Assembly: GCA_964586005.1 (NCBI GenBank)
Contig: CAZPFR010000001.1
Coordinates: forward strand, 39,185 to 86,493
Origin: an uncultured Candidatus Peribacteria bacterium
Lineage (GTDB): Bacteria; Patescibacteriota; Gracilibacteria; Absconditabacterales; Absconditicoccaceae
Direction of reading: 5' to 3'
Length of the DNA stretch: 47,309 nucleotides
Below the pieces are notes generated by a model, which did no database searches, was not told the origin of the DNA, and saw only the letters and a list, made by a program, of their open reading frames with translations. This document shows, piece after piece, positions 22,397-31,453 of the stretch (position 1 is the first letter of the stretch; every line of letters starts with the position of its first letter). Made by a program: the position numbers and the translations under genes.

Positions 22397-23515
22397 TTAT
22401 AATCAAACTCATTCCATGATATGTAGAATTAATCAGAATACGGCATATGCTATTATTACTACAATTCCTCACATACCTATTAACATAATAGGCTCAATAA
22501 CTTTTGATAAACGATTTATTTTAATATCTAATTCTGACTCATACATCTGTAATACATTATTTAATGATTCATCTAAATTAGCTGTTTGTTCTCCTACTTT
22601 TATCATTATAGCAATATCCGCAGGGATGAGCTCTCTATGATTTTTAATTGAAGTATAAATGTCTTTACCTTCTTTTAATCAATTAATTATTTCTTCTAAC
22701 ATATCTTGATATGCAGATATTCCTAAAATTTCTTTTAATAGTAAAAATGTTTGAATATAATTCATTCATGAACTATTCATAAGTTTCATATATCTACAAA
22801 ATTTTACAATATAATAATATTGTGTCATCTTTCCAATAAGAGGAATTTGCATCAAAGTAGAAAATCAGATTTTTTTTCATTTTTCTGTTGTTGAAAATAA
22901 TCAAATTATAATTCATATCGCTGTTATACTACCTGCAATACTTTTCCAATGAATTTTTAAAAATTCAGAAAGATCTCTCAATATTCTTGTTGCTCGTGGT
23001 AATTCTAAATTTTGAAAACTATCTGCAATAGAAAAAATAGAAGGTAATACTAAAGTAAATAAGCTAATTACAGCTATAATAGATATAATTAATAACATTA
23101 TCGGATAAATCATTGCTCATATATATTTGTTTTTGATTTCTTTTGTATACTCGTATTCTTTTGCTAATGATTCTAAGACTATAGCTAATTTACCTGATGC
23201 TTCACCTGTTTTGATTACTGCAATATCTCATTCGTTGAAATAATCTGGTAATCTTGATAATGAATAAGATAAAGACATACCTCTTTTTAAATATATTTGT
23301 ATTGTAGATGCCATATCTTTTAATGCAAAATTATCTGTTGATTCTTGAAGAATATTTGTTGCTTCATTTAATGATATTCCTCATTTTATTAAATAAGCTA
23401 TTTCTTTGAATAAAATTATTTTGTCTTTTTCAGAAAAATTTTTTTTATCTAGGGATTGTAAAAAATTTACTATAGCTTTATCAAAAAAATCATCTGTTTG
23501 TTTTAAATTATTCAT
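22397..23515 (-). CDS. pilC: type IV pilus / type II secretion platform protein (GspF/PilC family)
   Basis: 372 aa, all in-phase triplets checked. Two T2SSF-type repeats: IILFKEIAYLIKGGISLNEA...GDIAVIKTGEASGKL and FCRYMKLMNSSGMNYIQTF...IAIMIKVGEQTANLDESL. TM segments flank track ORF 22913-23113. Confidence 0.88.
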
Positions 23516-23519
23516 TAGT

Positions 23520-24299
23520 TTATTCTTTAGAATAAAATGCTTTTATTTGTATATCAACTAATTGCTCTTGATCATATTCCATAATATTGTAGTTTATTTC
23601 ATCTATTTTGTATAGAACACGATATTCTTTTTGTTCAGATACATTTTTATCTACGTTTTCTATAAATGATAATAAATAATCTTTATTAAGAAATTTTGCT
23701 TGGAGTTTTATTGGTATTGCATAAAGTTGTTCTTTTATATTTTCTGATTTTCAGAAAGAAATATTTATTATATTACCCAATTCTTGTTTATTTTCTTTGT
23801 CTTTTAATAAGTATTCGTTGATATTTGCTAATAATAATTTTTCATTAATTTCCATTTTATTATCTTGAAGATTATTTATTTGTAAATATGATCTAGCAAA
23901 TCCAAAATTATCTTTGATATCTTGTGGTATTTCGGGACATCCTGTTCTATAATTTACACAAGAAATAATGTTGTTTTCATTGTTTTCTATTAATGAAATA
24001 AGATCTTTATCTTTCTCATATTGATTCTTTTTGATTAAAAAATCATGTATTTGAGTCTCTTTTCATATAATAGTTTGTTTTAATTCTATTGTTTTCCCTC
24101 GGTTTGGTAATAAATATTCGGTAATACATAATACAATTAATAAAAATGTTATCAATACATATAACCTGTATTTTATTCATGAAACTCTAGCCATTGATAT
24201 TGAAATCTGAGCATCTTCTTTTGATTCTTTGTTATTTTTTTGTTGTTCCATCAACTTTTCAATAAGCTGATTTTGGTTCTCTTGGTTGTTATTTTCCAT
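23520..24299 (-). CDS. PilO-like pilus assembly protein (single TM, coiled coil, C-terminal globular domain)
   Basis: 259 aa. N/Q/E-rich N-terminus, TM YRLYVLITFLLIVLCITEYLL. Its ATG lies inside the last codons of the upstream pilN-like gene (ATGGAAAATAA overlap). Confidence 0.45.
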
Positions 24300-24825
24300 C
24301 TTTTATAACATTAGCTTCTAAAATAAATGAAAATCAATTACTATCATCTTTTTTTGTGTAATTTTTGATGTATAAATTTTCTATAAAATCTAAATCTTTA
24401 AATCTATCTATTAAAGAAATAATTCATTTATCTTTATCAGAATAATATAGTGAATTTAAATTAGATACTTCTCATCTTACCGATATTTTTTCTAAGTCAA
24501 CGTTGAAATCTGATAATAATATATCATTTCAACTTTGGTTTAAAGTTTTAATTTCTTGGAGCATAGTTATTATTTTATTGATATGCGTTGATCGTGGGGT
24601 TTCGTTATATTGTTCTTCAAGACTTTTTATAGCTATTAACTTTGTAAATCCGGTTAATGTTTTATAATTTTCTAATTCTTTATTTTGTTGTTCTATAATA
24701 ATATTTTTTTCTTGGATATTTTTGTTTAATAAAAATGTGTATCATTGTAATGCTAGATATGCCATTATTGATAGACCAAAAAGGATAAGAGTAAATGTAA
24801 AATATTTTTTTCGATTGGATTTCAT
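24289..24825 (-). CDS. PilN-like fimbrial assembly protein
   Basis: 178 aa: MKSNRKKYFTFTLILFGLSIMAYLAL (short cytoplasmic tail plus TM), a coiled coil, then ...LLSDFNVDLEKISVRGEVSNLNSL...FSFILEANVI, typical of the PilN C-terminal fold. Confidence 0.55.
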
Positions 24826-24862
24826 GATATTTACAATAAATGATTAAATATATATATTTTTA

Positions 24863-24891
24863 ATTATACTCTTTATTGATAAAAAAATCAA
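24863..24891 (-). promoter_or_regulatory. candidate promoter of the pilus operon
   Basis: Minus strand TTGATT-N17-TATAAT (plus aatcaa 24886-24891, attata 24863-24868), about 38 nt upstream of ATG 24825. Confidence 0.4.
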
Positions 24892-24920
24892 AATCTGAAT
24901 ATTTTATTTGTTATTATTTA

Positions 24921-24949
24921 TTGACAAAAATATTATATTTGTTTAAATA
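24921..24949 (+). promoter_or_regulatory. candidate promoter for tRNA-Arg / rpsO / rpsA
   Basis: TTGACA (24921-24926)-N17-TAAATA (24944-24949), about 65 nt upstream of the tRNA. Confidence 0.35.
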
Positions 24950-25014
24950 CGTCTTTTTTTTCATTTGGTGTTGATTTTTTGTTTTAAAAATTTATAAGAG
25001 AACGCCTTCTGTGG

Positions 25015-25087
25015 GCTCTTGTAGTTCAACGGGATAGAACAACTCTCTCCTAAGGAGTAAATACAGGTTCGAGTCCTGTCAGGGGTA
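25015..25087 (+). tRNA. tRNA-Arg (anticodon CCU)
   Basis: 73-nt cloverleaf folded by hand. Acceptor GCTCTTG/CAGGGGT (3 G-U pairs), D arm GTTC-AACGGGATA-GAAC, anticodon arm ACTCT-CT[CCT]AA-GGAGT, variable AAAT, T arm ACAGG-TTCGAGT-CCTGT, discriminator A. CCA is not encoded. Confidence 0.8.
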
Positions 25088-25164
25088 ATCTATTTAAATA
25101 CGTGCTATAACGGTTTAACCATCTGTTAGCTTTGTATTTGTTTTTATATTTTTATTCTATTATT

Positions 25165-25410
25165 ATGGTTGTAAAAAAAGAAAAAACAGATTTTAGAAGA
25201 CATGAAAAAGATACATGATCTCCTGAATATCAAATTTCTTTGTTGTCTGATGAAATTAAAATGTTACAAGAACATTTACAGTTACACAAAAAAGATTTTG
25301 ATGCAAAAAGAAGTATTCTTAAAAAAGTTGCAAAAAGAAGAACTCTTTTGAGATATTTGAAAGAGAAAAACATTGAAATGTATATGAACGTTTCAAAAAA
25401 ATTCTGAATT
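25165..25410 (+). CDS. rpsO: 30S ribosomal protein S15
   Basis: 81 aa: ...RRHEKDTG(TGA)SPEYQISLLSDEIKMLQEHLQLHKKDFDAKRSILKKVAKRRTLLRYL. This matches the S15 signature DTGSPEVQ ... HKKD ... RR.LL.YL. Confidence 0.9.
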
Positions 25411-25456
25411 AAAATTTAATTAAAATAACACTTTTTATTTTTTAACGTTTTATTTT

Positions 25457-26653
25457 ATGACTGCAAAAAATGTTGCAGAAAAAAAAGTTTCTGCTAAATT
25501 TTCTGTGCCTTTAATCAAAGAAGGGCAAAAAGTTAAATGAATAGTTTTGAAAAAAATTGGTAATGGAGTTCTTGTTGACTGTGCTAACTCTGCTTTTACT
25601 GGAGTTATTCTTTCTAAAGAAGTAAAAGAATTAGAAAGATCAGGTTATGATTTAGCTCCAGGTAGAGAAATAGAGCTTGAAATAGTTAATCCTAGTATTA
25701 GACATGAAGATTGATATTATATTGTTTCTATTACAAAATTATTACAATATGATGTTTGGAAAGCTATTTTGAAAAAATTTGAAGATGATGAAATTATTAC
25801 TGTTATTCCAACAGAAGCAAATCTTGGAGGTTTGTTAGTTGATATGCACGGTATTAAATGATTTGTTCCACTTTCTCAATTGGCGCCAATTCATTACCCA
25901 AGAGTAGAAGATTGAGATCAAGAAGCAATTTTTGAAAAATTATTGGATCTTATCGGTAAAGAACTTAGAGTAAGAATTATTAACATTGATGAAGAAGAAA
26001 AAAGAATTATTCTTTCTGAAAGAGAAGCATTGAAAGAAGAAAGAGAATCTGTATTGAAAGAATTAGAAGTTGGAAAAATATTTGATGGTGTAGTAAGTGG
26101 TGTTTCTTCTTATGGATTATTTGTAACTATTTGAGGAACTGTTGAATGACTTGTTCATATCTCAGAAATTACTTATGGACATGTTAATAATATTGATAGA
26201 CTTGGTAAGATATGAGATAAAATTCAAGTAAAAGTTATTGGTTTAGAAAATGGAAAAATATCGTTATCTAGTAAAAAACTAAAGAACGATCCATGGACAG
26301 AATTACCAAAACAACATAAAGTAGGAGATATCCTTGAATGAGAAATTATTAGATATGTTCCTTATGGAGTATTTATTAGAGTATTTGATGATATCAATGG
26401 GTTGATTCACTTGAGTGAACTTTCTCACAAATCTACACAAAATCCAAATGAAGTAGTTAAGTTATGACAAATAGTAAAAGCTAAAATTATTTTGTTGGAT
26501 CCAAAAAATAGAAAAATTGGTCTTAGTATGAAAGGGGTTAATGAACCATTACCTGAAACTCCTACAGAAAAACCAGCTGTAAAAAAAACTGTTTCATCAA
26601 AAAAATGACTTGAAGATATTGTTAAAAAAATAGCAACAGATAAGGAAGATTAA
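25457..26653 (+). CDS. rpsA: 30S ribosomal protein S1 (four S1 domains)
   Basis: 398 aa. Repeated S1 motifs: GQKVKGIVLKKIGNGVLVD, GGLLVDMHGIKGFVPLSQL, GKIFDGVVSGVSSYGLFVTIGGTVEGLVHISEI, GDILEGEIIRYVPYGVFIRVFDDINGLIHLSEL. It includes track ORF 25943-26134. Confidence 0.88.
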
Positions 26654-26671
26654 TAGAATATAATGGAAAAG

Positions 26672-26704
26672 GACTCAAATTATTATGATTTGGGTCTTTT
26701 TTTT
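26672..26704. terminator. bidirectional terminator between rpsA and dus
   Basis: Stem GACTCAAAT / ATTTGGGTC (one G-U pair), loop TATTATG, then T8 (26697-26704). An A-rich run sits on the other side. Confidence 0.65.
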
Positions 26705-26712
26705 AAAATTTT

Positions 26713-27663
26713 TTAGATATTGAAAAAATCTAAGATATTCTTTTTGATATCTTGATATTCTTTTATCTCGTTACATCTCACTTTAAATTCTTTTGAACCA
26801 GGAATTCCTTTGACATAAGAATATAGATGTTTTCTAAATTCAACGAGTGAATATTGAAGCATCTCTTCTGACTGATTTTTCTCTTTGATAAGTTCTATAT
26901 GTTTTATAATTGTTTCCAATTTTTCTGATGGGGTGGGGTGATGATGGGTGAATATCCAGGGGTTTCCGATGGCGGCTTGTCCTATCATCACCCCATCGAG
27001 ATTTTCTCTCATCTGTTTAATTTGTTCGTAATTTGTTATACCTCCATTTCCAATAATTATTTGGTTTGGTAAATGTTCTTTGAGATTATAAATAAAATTT
27101 CGATCTGGGTTTGGTCAATATCATTGGGCAGTAGTTCTTCCGTGAATAGTTATCATATCAACATAAGGACTAGCCTGTAATAAAAATTCAGTCTGATTTA
27201 TTTTATCTTGTTCGTTTGTGCCTGTTCTTGTTTTGATACTAAATGGCATATCGGTTACTTTTCTTATATTTTCGATAATTTCTAATGATTTTTGTTTGTT
27301 TTTGATAAGTTCTGCTCAACCTCAACTTTTCATTACATTATTTGCAGGGCAGCCCATATTTAATTCGATTCCTCTGAAACGATTTTTATATTTTTTATTG
27401 AGTATTTTAGCTGTTTCTATAAGTGTTTCTTGGTTTCCACCAAATATTTGAACAATAAGATTTTTCTGATTAGGGGTTGTTTCCAAATGATGAATTACTC
27501 CTTCAGGATTACGAATAAATCCATCTGCTGTCATAAATTCTGTCCATAGAAAAAAATCATACTGATCTTTTTGTCAGTATTGGTCTCGGATTTCTTGAGC
27601 TATACAGCGGCATGCTGCATCAGTAAATCCATCCATTGGAGCTAGTCAGAGTATTGGTTTCAT
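26713..27663 (-). CDS. dus: tRNA-dihydrouridine synthase
   Basis: 316 aa: MKPILG(TGA)LAPMDGFTDAACR ... IELNMGCPANNVMKSG(TGA)G G(TGA)AELI ... ITIHGRTTAQG(TGA)YG(TGA)PNPD ... DGVMIGQAAIGNPWIF. It joins track ORFs 27322-27534 and 26713-27012. Confidence 0.9.
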
Positions 27664-27843
27664 TATATTGTTCTGAATAATTATTTTAATAAACAATAAA
27701 TGTACCATAGTTCGCTGTTTATATTTCTTAACGGTAAAAATTTACAAACAAACCGGCTCCATGTATTTTTACCTAAAATATAAAATGCTTACTTATGTTA
27801 TTTATTGTTTATATATTATAGTTAATTCCTCATTTTTTTCAAT

Positions 27844-27869
27844 GAAAAAAGCCCTGGCATTACCAGAGC
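27844..27869 (-). terminator. rho-independent terminator after the small ORF
   Basis: Minus-strand RNA GCUCUGG-UAAUG-CCAGGGC followed by U6 (plus stem 27851-27857 / 27863-27869, A-run 27845-27850). Confidence 0.6.
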
Positions 27870-27893
27870 TTTTGACAATAATGTTGTGCTTGA

Positions 27894-28028
27894 TTATTTG
27901 TCGTATTTTTCAATCGCATATTTGCGTGTCATGTATGCAACGGGATTTTTCATTGCAAGAATGTTTAATGCGGCTAAATATGCGTTAGTGTCCTTTAGAA
28001 ATGTAGCATTGGGAACATCAGAAGGCAT
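27894..28028 (-). CDS. small hypothetical protein (44 aa from ATG 28028; 64 aa if TTG 28088 is used). Coding status is uncertain.
   Basis: MPSDVPNATFLKDTNAYLAALNILAMKNPVAYMTRKYAIEKYDK, TAA at 27894-27896, with its own terminator. The region is locally more GC-rich than its surroundings. The upstream YYLRMP segment weakly resembles a ribbon-helix-helix strand. Confidence 0.3.
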   Translation of the reverse strand: MPSDVPNATFLKDTNAYLAALNILAMKNPVAYMTRKYAIEKYDK

Positions 28029-28127
28029 TCTCAAATAATAGGTTTTTTTTTCTTTGTAAGCTGTTCTTGAAAATGGAAAACTAAACAATACAAAAAAATC
28101 AGATTTTAATTTATATATTTGTATATT

Positions 28128-28577
28128 ATGAAGGTTGTTATTTTGGAAAATATACGTAGTGCTTATAATGTTGGAAATATTATTCGTACAGCTGATGCTT
28201 TGTGATGGAAGGTCTGGTTGACCGGTTATACACCATCTCCCTTAACTGTTCCTAAAGTAAAAAAAACTTCACTTGGAGCAGAAGAAACAGTTGATCTTCA
28301 ACAATTTTGATTCACCAAAGAAGCCATAGATGTGGCTAGAAATAAGTGACTTGTTGTTGTTGCGGCAGAGATAACAGATCATGCAGTACCTATTGACATG
28401 TATACTATTTCTAAAGATGGTATTGCTGTTATTTTTTGAAATGAAGTTGAGGGTGTTTTACAAGAAACACTAAAAAATGTTGATGATGTCGTCTTTATTC
28501 CTATGTCTTGAATAAAAGAATCTTTGAATGTTGGTCAAAGTTCTGCTATTATTATGTGGCAATTATGATTGTTGTAG
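28128..28577 (+). CDS. SpoU/TrmH-family RNA 2'-O-methyltransferase
   Basis: 149 aa: MKVVILENIRSAYNVGNIIRTADALG(TGA)W ... IAVIFG(TGA)NEVEGV ... VFIPMSG(TGA)IKESLNVGQSSAIIMW. Confidence 0.85.
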
Positions 28578-29159
28578 TTATCTTATTTTTATTGTTTTGA
28601 TGATGTTTTCTATATCTTTTTCGTACATTTTGAATGTTTCTTTTGTTGCTGTATAACTTATTATATATGCTAAATTATCTTTTAATATCAATGTTTGTTC
28701 TTGTTTTATAGTATTTTGTTCTTGATTGAAAGAATATGTTATTTTCTTTGCTGGAAAATTGTCTATTTCTTTATCTTCTTCGTTTTCTATTTGAAAATTT
28801 TCTCCTATATTATTTATCATTTTTTTGTTTTCTTCGTATAAATTTTTTAAACTTGTTCAAGATTGCACTAAATAAACAAGAAATCCTAAATTTTCTCTTG
28901 TTGCTTTTTCTTCTGTTTGTGGTGCAAAAAATATTACTGTAGATCAATAAATATTTTCTTTGAATGTTCGATTTCAAGGGAAACTTAATTTGAATCTATA
29001 TTGTTTGTTCTCATAATTATTTATGTTTGATTTTTTTTCTGTAATTTGTTCAATTTGGTTGTTTCAGGAATTTTCCTGAATTGTATTTTCTGGTTGCTTA
29101 TTACATCCAGATAGTACTATAACCAGAATTCACAATGAAATAATGATTTTCTTTGACAT
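28578..29159 (-). CDS. lipoprotein (possibly a PsbP/DcrB-like fold)
   Basis: 193 aa: MSKKIIISLG(TGA)ILVIVLSGCNKQ (lipobox LSGC). It includes track ORF 28578-28820. It starts 11 nt downstream of the CYTH-methyltransferase stop. Confidence 0.65.
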
Positions 29160-29170
29160 AAGAATATATA

Positions 29171-30439
29171 TTATAAAGTAAAAATATTTTTTTTGGCTAT
29201 AAGTATCGTGTTATTTGCAGTTTTCCATGTGTTTGTTACTTCTCATTGTTTGTTTGTATATATTAATTTCTCTATTAATAGTCAACTTTGTATACATATT
29301 TTTTTAAGCTCTTTTTTGGTAAATATATGATAAAATCTATAATATGTTTTGTTTTTTGATTTTCGAGGAATAAATAAATTATTTCGTTCATTATTATTTG
29401 GATTTATTAATTTTTTCAAAAAACTTTTTAAGATTATTTTTGTATAATTTTTTATCATTCGTAATGAAAATGATCGATTTGTTATTATTGTTACTCAACC
29501 ATATCTTAATGCTCTATATATAAGTTTCATAATTAAAAATCTTTGCTTTTTATTTGTTAAATGCTGAATACTTGCTATACCTACTATTATATCTATTGAT
29601 TCTTGTTTACACTTGGATAAATAGCCTATCATATCATCACAAATAAATTCTGTTTTAATGTTTTTTTGTGGTATTTGATTTTTTTTTGCTTCTTCTAATA
29701 TATTTTCAGATAGATCAATTCATGTATAATTAATTATTTTGTCTTTAATTACTGTCAAATGTTCCAATAATCTTCAGCTTCCACATCATAATTCTACTAT
29801 TCTTATTTGTTTTTCTGGGTAAGATGCAATGGTATTTATTATTATATCAGCATCATTTCGATATTTTTTTCTTGTTTGACTATATTTTAAAGCTTCTTGG
29901 TTATAAAATTCTTTAAGTTGAAAACGAATTATTATATCTTGGTATTTATTTTTTTTAATTAAACGATTCATTCAATGTTTTGCTAAAAAGCTATTGTTTC
30001 CTTCTTTTTGGTTTGTTATTTCTTTATAACATCGTTCTGGCGGTATAAATTTTTCACTTTCTCTTACTGATCAAAATTCTATTTCAGCGATTCGTAGTCA
30101 TTCAAGATTATCTTCAAACTTATTTATTTCAATATTATACCCTTTGTAAGGGTAAAAATAACGAGTTTTTTTGATCTTTTCGGTTGTAATATTTTTTCGA
30201 TACTCAATAAAATCTTTTTTATTTATTGTTTTTTCAAATTCTTCTCTTACTAATCCTTTCCCTTTTTTTCTTGTTAAAAAATATTTTTTTTGTGTTTTAC
30301 CCTTTTTTTTTGTAATAATTTCTCTTACTCTAATCTTTTTTTTATCGATTATTGTATATCATTGTAAAATTTCTTGTTGTTCACAAGTACTTATATCTGG
30401 AATGTTATTTATTAAGAATTTTCTTTCTATTTCTAACAT
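29171..30439 (-). CDS. fusion protein: N-terminal CYTH (triphosphate tunnel metalloenzyme) domain plus C-terminal class I SAM-dependent methyltransferase (Trm9/Methyltransf_11-like)
   Basis: 422 aa, translated block by block without a stop. CYTH: MLEIERKFLINNIPD ... QGYTI ... RVRE ... YNIEINKFEDNLEGLRIAEIEF. MTase: IRIVELG(TGA)CGSG(TGA)RLLEHL (motif I), IDLSENILEEAKK, IIVGIASIQHL, RALRYGGVTII, and a tail LFIPRKSK..TYYRFYHIFTKKELKKICIQSGLLIEKL...NTWKTANNTILIAKK. Confidence 0.8.
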
Positions 30440-30453
30440 GATTTATGTGCTAT

Positions 30454-31353
30454 TTAAAATAAACTTGTTTCTTGATGATTTGTTTCTTTTTCATTTTTTT
30501 CTTTTGTATTAGATAATTTAAGAAAATCTTCTTCATCAAATATTTTTTCTTCGTTTTCTATAAATATTTTTTTGAAATGTATTAAATATAATGTTAGTAA
30601 AGCTGTCATTCTTACATCGTTTTTACAGTATATTTTGAATTCTTCTAAATATTTTAAATCCTTTGTTTCTTGATATTTTTTCCATAATGTTTCTCATTCC
30701 GCTCATGATTCTAATGTTTTTTGTATTCCAACCAATGCACTTGCTACTTTATTTAACCCTAATCTTTTTCCTGTCAGTTTATTTAAAAATACATATAAGT
30801 CTATGCTTTTGTCGTTTATCTCATTAAGATCTTCTTCTGTTTTTCAACAATTGTATATACATACAGGATTATCAAACCATATGTTATTATATCATATAAT
30901 ATATCAATCAAAATCAATCATTTTTTGTACAAATTCAGTCAGATTGTTTTGATCTATATATTCATATTCCATTTTATTGTTTTCTGCTGGATACATTGCA
31001 TATCATAGTAAAAATTTAGCATCTTTGATGTCATCACTTAATGTTGTTTCTATATCATATACCATATAAGGTTTGTTATTTATTGTTGAATAAGCTCCTG
31101 ATGAAAATTCGTCCATAAGTATTTGTTCAATTGTTTTTTGTCCTGTTTGTTTTTCTTTTTTGATTATAAAATTTTTGATTATATTATGGAGTTCTTTTTT
31201 GCCTTCTTCATCTATTATTATTTCTATTTTTTCTCTTTCATCTCTTATAATTATCTCATTGTTCTCTGTTTGTGAAAAACTAAATATTATTTCGGATCTA
31301 TTGCAATAATAAATATCTTTACCTTCTCTAAAAATTTTTTTGAAAAAATCCAT
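30454..31353 (-). CDS. DnaQ/RNase H-like fold 3'-5' exonuclease domain protein with ~95-aa N-terminal extension
   Basis: 299 aa, all in-phase triplets checked. Exo I MVYDIETT, Exo II IIGYNNIWFDNPV, Exo III YCKNDVRMT. It includes track ORF 31003-31353. Confidence 0.75.
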
Positions 31354-31453
31354 AATTCATAGACAGCGTTCTTTCTTTATATTGCTATATAAATTTTGTA
31401 TAAAATTATTTTGTATCGATTTTAATTCTTGTAATGAGAACCTTTTGTACATA

